Shown: positions 35,981-47,848 of the stretch, piece by piece | How positions within the stretch are numbered: the stretch's first letter is position 1 | Layout of the letters: every line of letters starts with the position of its first letter | NCBI GenBank assembly: GCA_030390025.1 | Contig: CM059432.1 | Span: 11,594,001-11,658,000 of the forward strand | DNA from: Squalus acanthias | Taxonomy: Eukaryota | DNA: 64,000 bases | Direction: 5' to 3' | Made by a program: the position numbers and the translations under genes | Notes under the pieces: model-generated | Databases searched by the model: none | What the model was told of the DNA's origin: nothing | The model's input: only the letters and a program-made list of their open reading frames with translations

Positions 35981-36870
35981 GGGGGACGATTTTCCCCGGA
36001 GACTTTAGGCGCTAAAGAGCCCCCGAGGTGGCCAAGATGGGGGTCTTGAGCTGCAACGCCGGTTTAGCCCGCCATTTGTGCAAGATGCCATCTTGGTAAA
36101 GGAGTTGAATCGCGCGTGAGGAATGGCCGCCCCGAGGATCGTTCAGGGTCTGATTGACAATTAAATTGCCTGCTAGCGCTCATTAAAGAGGCTGCAGGCC
36201 ATTTGGTGGCTAGCACTCCAATTAATAACCTCTCCTAACAGCGACCAGCTGAACGAGAGTAAAGAAGTCGTTGCTGATGATTTCGAACGCTTCTTAAAGC
36301 CATGCTCAGCTTTCACTGTTCACTTGCTGCTGGAGGCTTGAAGAGGACTTTTGAGACACATCGGGAGACTTTCTGGGACACTTTGTCAAGGCTTCACCAA
36401 CACTCTATTGACATTTTTCCTGGAAATTCTGCGAGGACTTCACCTGAAAGGAGTGAGCGCTGTGCTGCTCTACCTTATTGGAGACCTTATAGGAGTCACC
36501 AGGAGAAAGGGAGTGCTTGGTCATCGTATCTTGCTCGGGGTCCCCCCCTTGGTCTGCAGGAGGAATGAGAGGAGGACACGAGGCCAGGCAGAGCAGCACC
36601 AGCTGCTGCAGGAGAGAGGGACAGGAGGGCGAGGTGGGCTCCTTCTCCCCTGTGGGTACAGGACATCCCTCCTCCTCTGGACCTCCTCCGCCAGGACCTC
36701 CTCCGCCGCGTCCGAGAACCTGTGCGCCCTCCCCCTCGGTCCCTGGGCCATCCTGAAACCTGCCGCTGTGTGTCAGCCAGCGCACTCCACACCTTCAGCG
36801 GAAGTGGGTGCGTGGAGGCCGCATTTATCGCTCCACAAAAATTGCATCTCATCAGGGCTTGAGTGGTAAA
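35981..36870. mobile_element. Internally deleted Harbinger derivative retaining the 5' end of the Myb/SANT gene
   Basis: Minus-strand MAQGPRGRAHRFSDAAEEVLAEEVQRRRDVLYPQG is homologous to the Myb exon at 42043-42282; left end GGGGGACGATTTT; right TIR not clear. Confidence 0.65.
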
Positions 36871-38043
36871 TCTGCAGGGGTCTCCAGGCAAGTTTAAACC
36901 ATGGTGATCAGCAGTTAGCCCCAGAATTGCGTGCTGAAACCAGACGTTCAAACAGACGTGTCTCATTAGCACTGCACCCACTTAGAACCTGTCACTAAAA
37001 TAACCCCCGAACAGCTTTCAAGCAAGTTTCCCATCCTCTTTCTGTAACCTTTAATCGTGTGCCCTGCGATCTCCTGTGTCTGAGCTCTTGTGCGTTCCCT
37101 TCTCTCTCCGTTCCACCATCAGTGCCAGAGCCTCTAGCTATCTTGTCCTTACTCTCTGAAACACTGTCCTGGGTGTGATTTTGTGTGTGTTGTGTTTGGT
37201 GGGGCGGCAGGGGGTGGGGAGGGGTGGGCGGGGGGTGGGGGGGGGGACACAAGTGTTTGGCAGAACATAACTACTTGCCCTTTTGAGTGGAATTCCGAGC
37301 ATCGGGTAAGATTGTGCCTTCTTGCTTGTTCGTGTGATGGTTGCAGAACAAGCCGGTGTTGTCGTCACTGGGAAGTGCTGCAGACACATGCTGTTGTTTT
37401 TTGTTCAAAACCCACATGATGCGCATCATGAGAAGAAGCCACTTGTTCTGCTGCCCAAGCCTGACTGAGGTAATGGTAAGAATTGCCTCATCTTTCGAGT
37501 GGGGCCTGCATTCAAGTAGTCAGATGACTGAGTTCGTGACTGGCTTCGGGCTTTGAGTTTCGAAAGAGCAGAAAATTTGAATACAGAGCACACCGGGGCC
37601 GGCCTTGACTTTGCATGATAGTGTAAGACGGGCGACAGAAGGTCAGCAGCCTGCTTTACATCTCTCCCGATTTTTATTTGCATTTGACTTCAATAGACAG
37701 GAAAATCAAGGGATATGTGGATAGTGCGGGAAAGTGGAGTTGAGGTCGATGTTCAGCCACGATCTCATTGAATGGCAGAGCAGGCTCGAGGGGCCGTATG
37801 GCCTACTCCTGCTCTTATTTCTTCTGTTTTATGTTATCCGTACTTAACCCATTGTGCACTTCCCAGATTGAAAATGTACCCAGAGAGATGTACAAGTAAC
37901 CATTGAGTGAGGGAAATTCCACTCGATATTGGCAGGGAGCAGCTTATTCTATGGGGGTGTTTGGTAGTTTCTTTATTTTAGGAAGGGGACATTGTGTTTT
38001 ATTAGTTGATCAGAATATGCTTTGCTTACCAGAGGGAACATAG

Positions 38044-38407
38044 CATAAGAACATAAGAAATAGGAGCAGGAGTAGGCCATTCGGTCCCTCGAGCCTGCTC
38101 CGCCATTCAATAAGATCATGGCTGATCTTCTACATCAACTCCACTTTCCCGCCTGATCCCCATATCCCTTGATCCTCCTAGAGTCCAAAAATCTATCTCA
38201 GCCTTGAATATACCCAACGACTCAGCATCCACAGCCCTCGGGTAGAGAATTCCAAAGATTCACAACCCTCTGAGTGAAGAAATTCCTCCTCATCACAGTC
38301 TTAAATGGCCGACCCTTTATCCTGAGACTGTGACCCCTAGTTCTAGACACTCCAGCCAGGGGAAACAATCTCTCAGCATCGACCCTGTCAATCCCCTTCA
38401 GAATCTT
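38044..38407 (-). mobile_element. CR1 LINE 3' fragment
   Basis: CATAAGAACATAAGAAATAGGAGC tail and C-terminal coding remnant. Confidence 0.88.
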
Positions 38408-38544
38408 GCTATAAATTCGGTTGTATAGCGCCTGTTGTTTGGGCGCTATGTGTGCCGTTTTGGGTCGGTGCGGGCCGCGCTGGACGCCATTTTGATGAGG
38501 GCGTTAGCGTTGGCGCTGGGAGCGTGCGCCGGAAGTATGCTCGG

Positions 38545-38984
38545 TATCCTGGCAGCAGTCATGATGCCTTCATTCTGCAGCGGCCCGCTGTACCTTCAGT
38601 CTGCTGACCACCTGGCTCATGACTCAGCTGCACAACCCACGCACACGTGGGCGGCATGCGTACAATGAGAGCCATGCTGCCACACGGAATCTGATAGAGC
38701 AGACCATTGGCATCCTTAAACAACGCTTCCGCTGCCTGGACCGCTCTGGTGGAGCCCTGCAGTACTCGCCAGAGCGCGTCTCAAGATTTGTCGTGGTCTG
38801 CTGCATGCTGCACAACCTCGCCATCATGAGGGCACAGCCCTTGCCACCAGGTATATGGCGAAGAGCTGAGGAGGAGCAGGAGGAAGCGGAAGAGGAGGAG
38901 GAGGAGGAAGGGAGGAGGCAAACCAGACAGCCCCTTTCTGCCCGGGCTGTCTGTGATCGACTCATCCGACGGCGGCACCAGTGA
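38545..38984 (+). pseudogene. Harbinger DDE transposase, C-terminal remnant
   Basis: YPGSSHDAFILQ, a deletion, then WLMT..YNESHAATRNLIEQTIGILKQRFRCLDRSGGALQYSPERV..CCMLHNLA; N-terminal half missing. Confidence 0.9.
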
Positions 38985-40758
38985 ACACAACCCCAATTCC
39001 CCATCAGTCTCACACCTTACCTTCCCTCTGTTACTGACCATCACAGCGTCCTCTTGGCCACAATGCGACAATAAAAGCCACCACAAAATAGACATTCCAA
39101 ACCAACTTTATGAATCAGACCATTACAATATTTCATTCAAAGGTCAACTAATCACCCTTGTGCATTCCTTGAGTGCCCGTCTTCTGTGTGCCTTTGCCTG
39201 TCCGAGTGCTCCTACGCAGTGCTACCCCAGTGCCTGCCGCATGGCTGGTGGAAGGCTGCCGGCTTTCAGTGGGGGGAGACCACAGATGGCCTTGCAGGAC
39301 GACCTCGAGCAGCTCTGGGCCAAGTAGGCCCGGCTTTGGTCTGCACCATCTCGGCATGGGCGGCAGCAGTCCGGGCTGGCTGGCTGGCTGACAGGCGACA
39401 GCAAGGGCACTGGCGGAGTGGCAGTGATGGGAGGACGAAAGCTGTCATCCTGAGAGAGGACACCAGGTTGGCCCTTCACGGAGCCACTGCCACTCCCCTG
39501 GGCGGCGCCTTAGCAATCCTATTAATCTGTCAGAGGACAGATTGCTGGACTGCTGTGACCCCCCCTGCAAGGCCCTTTCAACACTGGTAATCGCAGCCAT
39601 GATGGCAGCAGTCTGAGCTTCCATTGCAGCTCTCAGACGTTGGGTGGTTTCTGCTTGTGCTGCAATGGAAGTTGAGGCACCTGCCCTCAAACGCTGCATG
39701 ATGGTTGGGCCCACAAGTGCGCTAATGGATCCGGCCACCCCTCCCACGCTGGAATGGATGGGCTCCAAGCTCTGCGCAAAGCCCCGTGCCAAGTTGGTGC
39801 CAGACTCCTCCATGCTCCTTCTCATTGCATTCAGGCTTTCTGGCAGGCCTGCTAATGCACCAAGCATTTCGTTGTGCAGACCCATCCAGCTTTGTTCTGT
39901 AGGCCGCCCCATCGAAGTCCTCATCCGAGTCCTGTGCAGCAGAAACCCGTGTGCAGCCTCGCCCTCCAGGGAACTGGCATCTGCGCTACCCTTTCCCCCC
40001 TGCCCTGGCTGCAGCCCACTCATGTCCGGTGTCTCACCACGTGTAGATCCTGCCTCTAAGCTACCCTCCAGACTCTGCGCAGCGCCAGTATCTGAGCTGG
40101 TGGCTGCAAGTGTCAGATCAAGTGTCGGTGTTTCTCCTTCATCAGCGCTCTCCTCGTCCCTCTCCCTCTCCCTCTTCCACTACTGCCTGGATTTCTTGGG
40201 TCTCTGAAATGAGAAAGGCACAAGAGTAGGGTTGCGGTGGGAGGGGTGGGGGGGCGGGCGGGGGTGGTGGGGAAGCAAGAGGTGCATGCTGACACCATCT
40301 GCAGCTTGTACGTCACAAGAGATTGTGGGATGAGGGGGAAGTGGGATGTGAGAAGGAGGATTAGGTACGAGCATACTGTAATGTTCAATGTTTTTAGCGC
40401 CGCTGCTGGCCACGGCCTCTGTCACAGCCACTCCAGTTATGCCGAGCACCATCTCCTGGAGCGGGGTCAGGATACGGAGGCGCGCCTGTCCCCCGTGGTT
40501 GGCTGCAGCTGCCTCCAGTTGTGCGCCCCCTCGCCCTGCAAGAGAGAGGGAAGTGTGTCAGTGAGTGCGCTTCACGGTGTGTGGCTGGTGTGGCCGTCAT
40601 GGTTGAATAGCTGGCAGTGTGTTCAAGATGTGGATGTGAGGCTTGCAGCAGTGGTAAGTGTGTGAGGGTGAGATGGAGCATCTGAATCGTTGAAGGTGGC
40701 AGGGCAGGTTGAGAAAGCGGTTAAAAAAGCATACGGGATCCTGGGCTTCGTGAATAGA

Positions 40759-41279
40759 AATGAGAAGTCGCACAACACCAGGTTATAGTCCAACAGATTT
40801 ATTTAATTTTACAAGCTTTCGGAGCTATCGCTCCTTCGTCAGGTAAGTTAGCAATGAGAGAATCTCCCAGAATTCACAATTTAAACCCAGACAAAATCTA
40901 TTCACATTATTCGCTACAACAAAGAGCACAGCCAAGACAATGAGATGTGTCCCAGGGGGTCCAGCGTGTCAAACCACCTGCTGGCTGCATATCCTGTCAA
41001 TTTGTGTTCTTGTGTTTTTAAAAAAAAAAAAAACCAAAAAAAACACCTGGGAAGACCGGCCATGATGTCAAGTCACGTTCTGTATCGTGACATGAACCCG
41101 ATATCGCGATTGAGGCCATCCTCATGAGTGCGGAACTTGGCTATCAGTTTCTGCTCTATGATTTTGCGCTGTCGTGTATCTCGAAGGCCGCCTTGGAGAA
41201 CGCTTACCCGCAGATCCGAGGCTGAATGCCCCTGGCTGCTGAAGTGTTCCCCGACTGGGAGGCAACCCTCCTGCCTGGC
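40759..41279 (-). mobile_element. 5'-truncated Penelope-like element nested in CR1
   Basis: GIY-YIG C-terminus LPVGEHFSSQGHSASDLRVSVLQGG..EQKLIAKFRTHEDGLNRD; 10-bp TSD CGTGAATAGA (40749-40758, 41280-41289). Confidence 0.9.
40809..40846 (-). ncRNA. Minimal type I hammerhead ribozyme motif (second family, variant)
   Basis: TTAC-CTGACGA-A-GGAGC-GATA-GCTCC-GAAA-GCTT-GTAA. Confidence 0.75.
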
Positions 41280-42756
41280 CGTGAATAGAGGCAGAGACAA
41301 CAAAAGCAAGCAAGTTATGATGAACCTTTATAAAACACTGGTTGGGCCTCAACTAGAGTATTGTGTCCAATTCTGGGCACCGCACTTTAGGAAGGATGTG
41401 AAGGCCTTAGAGAGGGTGCAGAAAAGAATTACGAGAATGATTCCAGGGATGAGGGACTTCAGTTATGTGGATAGACTGGAGAAGCTGGGGTTGTTGTCCT
41501 TAGAGCAGAGAAGATTGAGAGGAGATTTGATAGAGGTTTTCAAAACCATGAGGGGTCTAGACAGAGTAGGTAGAGAGAAACTGTTCCCATTGGCGGAAGG
41601 GTCGAAAACCAGAGGACACAGATTTAAGGTGATTGGCAGAAGAACCAAAGGCGACATAAGAAAAAACTTTTTTTACGCAGCGAGTGGTTAGGATCTGGAA
41701 TGCACTGCCTGAAAGGGTGGTGGAGGCTGACTCAATCGTGGCTTTCAAAAGGGAATTGGATAAGTACCTGAAAGAAAAGCATTTGCACGGCTACGGGGAA
41801 AGGGTGGGGGAGTGGGACTAGCTGACGTGCTCTTGCAGAGAGCTGGCATGCGCTTGATGGGCCGAATGGCCGCCTTCCATGTTGTAACCATTCTATGATT
41901 CTGTGTGAGGTATGAGTCGTGTTTGATAGAGATTGTTGATAGGTGAGTGCTGGGGGTGTGGTGAGTTAAGCGGCGCTAAAAACATTGAACATTACAGAGG
42001 CTAGTGGTGTGGGATATGACATTTGAAGATGCATTCACTGACCTTGACCACTTGTGTGAGGTTGTTGAACTTCTTCCGGCACTGCATCCAGGTCCTCGGG
42101 GCATCACTGTTGGCATTGACCTCCGTGGCTATCTGCTCCCACTGCCTCCGCAGTGTCTGGCTAGTTGGCCTCCTGGCCCCCTGTGGAAACAGGACCTGTC
42201 TCCTCCTCTCCACCTCCTGTACTAAGGCCTCCAGTGCTGCGCCTGAGAACCTGGGAGCCCTCTCTCAGGCCTGTTGTGCCATTGCTGAATGTTTCCCAGT
42301 TGAAACTGTCTTCTGGAATGACTTCCGGCGCCTGGTCTCGTCAAACTGCACCTCCCCTTTAAGATGTGCAGGCTGGCTTTAATTGGTGCGAGCCTCACAC
42401 GAACCTGGGCCCGCTGCTCAGCGTGCAACCACTCAGCAGCGCGTTTAGCGCTGGGCTGCACGCCACTATCATTTAAATTAGCAGGTAGCAAGCACCAAGT
42501 TTGCGTGCTGCCTGCATTACTTTGAACGGGCGTGGGTTAATCGCTTATCGCGATCCCCGCGCTGTTCTTGAAGGATATCAAATTTTTAGCCCATACAGTT
42601 TTGCTTGTGTAAGTTAACGCTTTCGTGATTCAGTCATGCTCAACAATCATTCCTCTGGGCTGTGCAATGGTCAATAGATTAAAAATGACTTCTGTCTCTT
42701 ACTGTACGCATTAGTTTAAAGACCATCAGGTCCTTTTTATCCAACCTACAGTAGTG

Positions 42757-43672
42757 TAGAGGAACAAAGGGACCTTGGGAGAGCATGTCCACAGATCCCT
42801 GAAGGTAGCAGGCCAGATCGATAAGGTGGTTAAGAAGGCATACGGAATGCTTGTCTTTATTAGCCGTGGCATAGAATACAAGAGCAGGGTATCGCGATAA
42901 GCGATTAACCCACGCCCATTCAAGGTGATGCAGGCAGCACGCAAACTTGGTGCTGCCTGCTAATTTAAATGATAGTGGCGTGCAGCCCAGCGCTAAACGC
43001 GCTGCTGAGTGGTTGCACGCTCAGCAGCGGGCCCAGGTTCGTGCGAGGCTAGCACCAATTAAAGCCAGCCTGCACAGCTTAAAGGGGAGCTTCAACTGTA
43101 TAAAACACTAGTTAGGCCTCAGCTGGAGTACTGCGTGCAGCTCTGGTCACCACATTACAGGAAAGATGTGATTGCACGAGAGAGGGTACAGAGGAGATTT
43201 ACAAGGATGTTGCCGGGAGTAGAGAATCTTAGCTATGAGGAAAGACTGGATAGGCTGGGTCTGTTTTCCTGGGAACAGAGGAGGCTGAGGGGAGACCTTA
43301 TTGAGGTGTATAAAATTATGAGGGGCACAGATAAAGTGGATAGAAAGGACTTATTTCCCTTAGCAGAGGGGTCAAAAACCAGGGGGCACAGATTTAAAGT
43401 AATTGGTGGAAGGCTTAGAGGGGATTTGAGGGGAAATTTCTTCACCCAGAGGGTTGTGGGGGTCTGGAACTCACTGCCTGAAAGGGTGGTAGAGGCAGGA
43501 ACCCTAACCACATTGAAAAAGTACTTGGATGTGCACTTGGGATGCTGTAACCTGCAGGGCTACGGACCAAGAGCTGGGAAGTGGGATTAGGCTGGATAGC
43601 TCTTTGTTGGCCGGCGCCGACACGATGGGCCGAAATGGCCTCCTTCCGTGCTGTAACTTTCTATGATTCTAC
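42757..43672 (+). mobile_element. CR1 3' fragment carrying a ~200-bp inverted copy of adjacent Harbinger sequence (42891-43089)
   Basis: ORF 43135-43590 is the CR1 C-terminus; CR1 is split at GAATACAAGAGCAGGG|..|CTTCAACTGTATAAAAC. Confidence 0.88.
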
Positions 43673-44244
43673 AGATCTAGTTTATCTAACCCTATCACAG
43701 CTGCCATTGTTAGCTGCTGCACGTAACCATCTCAATCATGGCCAATTGCTGCACAAACCTGTCTCTGATATATCGGATCCAGTGTCTTGTGACCTTAACC
43801 ATAAACCTTCCATGTGGTACTCATGGGTTGGGGCGTGGATCAACATATGAGGGATGACGGGGCGAAGGAATGCAATCGATGTTTATTTTCAAAATGGTTT
43901 TAAAGGAATCCTGGAAGAGAAAACTGAGCTCGTTAGAAATCCTGACTGACATGTCTTGGGCTGACACAAAGGGATTTTTTTTTTAAAATCTAATCCTTGT
44001 AGCCGTGATGTGCAGACGTGGCTGTCAGTATTTTGATTGCAACCAGGATCAGAGAGACATACTGTTTGTTATTTATTAAGTTGAAATGCAGTTATGATGA
44101 TTCATTGGCACAGCACCGTGCAATCGTAAAGAATGTTGTCTGGCTGAAGATGACAGCCTGCATTTCAGGTCCAAGCATCTGACAAAACTTGCCTCCAGAA
44201 AATGACAAGGCAAATTCTTTTTGGGCATGTTAACCCCACAGGAA

Positions 44245-44478
44245 AGTGTTGTAATGTAGGGAAACGCGGCAGCCAATTTGCGCACAGCAAGCTCCCACAA
44301 ACAGAAATGTGATAATGACCAGATAATCTGTTTTTTAGTGATGTTGATTGAGGGATAAATAATTGGCCAGGACACCGGGGATAACTCCCCTGCTCTACTT
44401 CGAAATAGTGCCGTGGGATCTTTTACGTCCGCCTGAGGGAGCAGACGGGTGCCCTCGGTTTAACGTCTCATACGAAAG
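44245..44478 (-). mobile_element. SacSINE1-like DeuSINE fragment
   Basis: Homology to the other copies. Confidence 0.8.
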
Positions 44479-44942
44479 ATTGGAGGCAGGAAGTCGTGCG
44501 AGGAAACCTCCAGGAGTACGTCCAACCAGAGTTGGCAACCGTAGAGTTCCATAGTTTTAAGGTCCTAAGAAAAGTGCATTAGAGTAGGAGACAGAGGGGG
44601 TACATAGTGACTTTCGAGAGTGAGATAAGTAGGTGCTTGTTGTTAAGGAGCTGTCTTTTCTAAAAAAAAACACAAACCAACCAGAAAACCAATCACGCAT
44701 AATGGAGAAGCTATTCCACCCAGATCAGGCTGATTACCTGAATGGAATTCTGAGGAGGCATGTACTTTCATGAGGGAAAATGATGTAATTGTCTCAAGGC
44801 GATTTACTGAGAATTTTCAGCTTAATGGTCTGATCTAAAAGGTGTGGTCGATAGACTAAGCAAAACATTCCATCACTGTGGATTACTTCATTCTGGCATC
44901 AACCGCTTGTGACTGTAACAGTTCTGAAGAATGATTGTGTCA

Positions 44943-47848
44943 CATCCCTAATTGCCCCTTGAGAAGGTGGTGGTGAGCCGCCGCCTTGAACCGCTGCAGT
45001 CGTGTGGTGAAGGTACTCCCACAGCGCTGTTAGGGAGGGAGTTCCAGGAATTTGACCCAGCGGCGATGAAGGATCGGCCGATATACTTCTAAGTCAGGAT
45101 GGTGCGTGTCTTGGAGGGGTTCTTGGAGGTGGTGGTGTTCCCATGCGCCGGCTGCCCTTGTCCTTCTAGGTGGAAGAGGTCGCGGGTTTGGGAGGTGCTG
45201 CTGAAGAAGCCTTGGCTGCACCTTGTAGATGGTACACACTGCAGCCACAGTATGCCGGTGGTGGAGGGAGTCATAGAATCATAGAAGATAGGAGCAGAGT
45301 AGGCCATTCGGCCCCTCTAGCCTGCTCCGCCATTCAATGCGATCATGGCTGATCATCCAAATTCAGTACCCTGTCCCTGCTTTCTCCCCATATCCCTTGA
45401 TCCCTTTAGCCTTAAGAAATATATCCAACTCCTTCTTGAATCTATTTAATTAATTGAATGTTTAAGGTGGTGGATGGGGTGCCAGTCAAGCGGGCTGCTT
45501 TGTCCTGGATGGTGTCAAGCTTCTTGAGTGTTGTTGGAGCTGCACTCATCCAGGCAAGTGGAGAGTATTCCATCACACTCCTTACTTGTGCCTTGTAGAT
45601 GGTGGAAAGGCTTTGGGGAGTCAGGAGGTGAGACACTCGCAGCAGAATACCTTGCCTCTGACCTGCTCTTGTTGCCGCAGTATTTATGTGGCTGGTCCAG
45701 TTAAGTTTCTGGTTAATGGTGACCCCCAGGATGTTGATAGTGGGGGATTCGGCGATGGTAATGCCATTGAATGTCAAGGGGAGGTGGTTAGACTCTCGCT
45801 TGTTGGAGATAGTCATTGCCTGGCACTTCTGTGGCGCGAATGTTACCTGCCACTTATCAGCCCAAGCCTGAATGTCGTCCAGGTCTTGTTGCATGCGGGC
45901 ATGGACTGCTTCATTATCTGTGGAGTTGCGAATGGCGCTGAACACTGTGCAGTCATCAGCGAACATCCCCATTTCTGACCTTATGTTAGAGGGAAGTTCA
46001 TTGATGAAGCAGCTGAAGATGGTTGGGCCTAGGTCACTGCCTTGAGGAACTCCTGCAACGATGTCCTGGGGCTGTGATGATTGACCTTCAACCACCAACC
46101 ATCTCCTTTGTGCTCGGTATGACTCCAGCCAGTGGAGTGTTTTCCCCCTGATTCCCATTGACTTAAGTTTTACGAGGACTCCTTGATGCCAGACTCGGTC
46201 AAATGCTGCCTTGATGTCAAGGGCAGTCACTCTCACCTCACCTCTGGAATTCAGCTCCTTTGTCCATGTTTGGACCAAGGCTGTAATGAGGTCGGGAGAC
46301 CGAGTGGTCTTGTCGGAACCCAAACTGGGCATCAGTGAGCAGGTGCCGCTTGATAGCACTGTCGATGACACCTTCCGTCACTTTGCTGATGATTGAGAGT
46401 AGACTGATGGGGCGGTAATTGGCTGGGTTGGATTTGTCCTGCTTTTTATGGACAGGACATACCTGGGCAGTTTTCCACATTGTCGGATAGATGCCAGTGT
46501 TGTAGCTGTACTGGAACAGCTTGGCTAGAGGCGCGGCTAGTTCTGGAGCACAAGTCTTCAGCACGATAGCCGGGATGTTGTCGGGGCTCATAGCCTTTGC
46601 TGTATCCAGTGCGCTCAGCCGTTTCTTGATATCACGTGGAGTGAATCGAATTGGCTGAAGAATGGCTTCTGTGATGGTGGGGACCTCGGGAGTAGGCCGA
46701 TATGGATCATCCACTCAGCACTTCTGGCTGAGATTGGTTGCAAACACTTCAGCCTTGTCTTTTGCACTCACGTGCTGGGCTCCACCATCATTGAGGATGG
46801 GGATATTCTTGAAGCCTCCTCCTCCCGTTGGATGTTTAATAGTCCACCACCATTCACAACTGGATGTGGCAGGACTGCAGAGCTTTGATCTGATCTGTTG
46901 ATTGTGGGATCGCTTAGCCCTGTCTATAGCATGCTGCTTCCGCTTTTTAGCATGCATGTAGTCCTGTGTTGCAGCTTCCCCAGGTTGGCACCTTATTTTT
47001 AGGTACGCCTGGTGCTGCTCCTGGCATGCTCTTCTACACTCGTTGTTGAACCAGGGTTGGTCGTAATGGTAGAGTGAGGGATATGCCGGGCCATGAGGTT
47101 ACAGATTGTGGTGGAATACAATTCTGCTGCTGATGACCCACAGCGCCTCATGGATGCCCAGTTTTGAGCTGCTAGATCTGTTCTGAATCTATCCCATTTA
47201 GCACGGTGGTAGTGCCACACAACACGATAGAGGGTGTTCTCAGTGTGAAGACGGGACTTCGTCTCTGCAATGACTGTGGGTGGTCACTGCTACCATGCAC
47301 AGGTAGATTGGTCAGGACGAGGTCAAGTAGGTTTTTCCCTCTTGTTGGTTCTCTCACCACCTGTCGCAGGCCCAGACTGGCAGTTATGTCCTTCAGGACT
47401 CGGCCAGCTCGTGATGCTACCGAGCTGCTCTTGGTGATGGACATTGACGTCCTCTACCCAGAGTACATTCTGTGCCCTTGCTACTCTCGGTGCTTCTTCC
47501 AAGTGGTGTTCAACATGGAGGAGCACTGATTCATCAGCTGAGGGAGGGCGGGAGGTGGTAATCAGCAGGCGGTTTCCTTGCCCATGCTTGACCTGAAGCC
47601 ATGAGACTTCATGGGGTCCAGAGTCAATGTTGAGGACTCCCAGGGCCACTCCTTCCCGACTGTATACCACTGTGCCACCACCCTGGTGGGTCTGTCTTGC
47701 CGGTGGGACTAGCTTTTTATTCCAGATTTATTTAATTAACTGAATTTAAATTCCCAAGCTGCCGTGGTGGGATTTGAACTCACGCCTCTGGATCATTAGT
47801 CCAGGTCTCTGGATTACTAGCCCAGTGACATTACCACTACGCTACCGT
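44943..47848 (-). mobile_element. Family-B LINE, near full length: tRNA-derived head (47710-47848) joined to a frameshifted EN-RT ORF; nested CR1 end at ~45271-45452
   Basis: A box TAGCGTAGTGG 47834-47844 and B box GTTCAAATCC 47770-47779; EN motifs SHRQDRPT..VVYSREG..RPPSAD..DVNVHH, NLLDLVLTN, SDH; RT motifs NYRPISLL, LDIKAAFDRV, GVPQGS.LGP, MFADD. Confidence 0.92.

Larger units (their letters stand above)
40680..41905 (+). mobile_element. CR1 3' fragment inserted in the Myb intron
   Basis: LYKTLVGPQLEYCVQFWAPHFRKDVKALERVQKR..; (ATTCT.TG)n tail. Confidence 0.9.
39148..42282 (-). pseudogene. Harbinger Myb/SANT-like DNA-binding gene (3 exons, disrupted)
   Basis: Exon 1 (42282-42043) MAQQA*ERAPRFSGAALEALVQEVERRRQVLFP..WEQIATEVNA..PRTWMQCRKKFNNL, donor AAG|GTCAGT; acceptors near 40536 (CTCTTGCAG) and 40205 (CTCATTTCAG); stop codons and frameshifts. 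Confidence 0.82.
38408..42592. mobile_element. Decayed PIF/Harbinger transposon with convergent transposase and Myb/SANT genes
   Basis: Termini GCTATAAATT (38408) / AATTTTTAGCCC (to 42592); both gene remnants are present in tail-to-tail orientation. Confidence 0.88.

Noticed and set aside
38619..38984. Host gene HARBI1
   Set aside because: Truncated and internally deleted, and lies inside TIR-bounded DNA with a convergent Myb gene, so it is a transposon remnant rather than the domesticated gene
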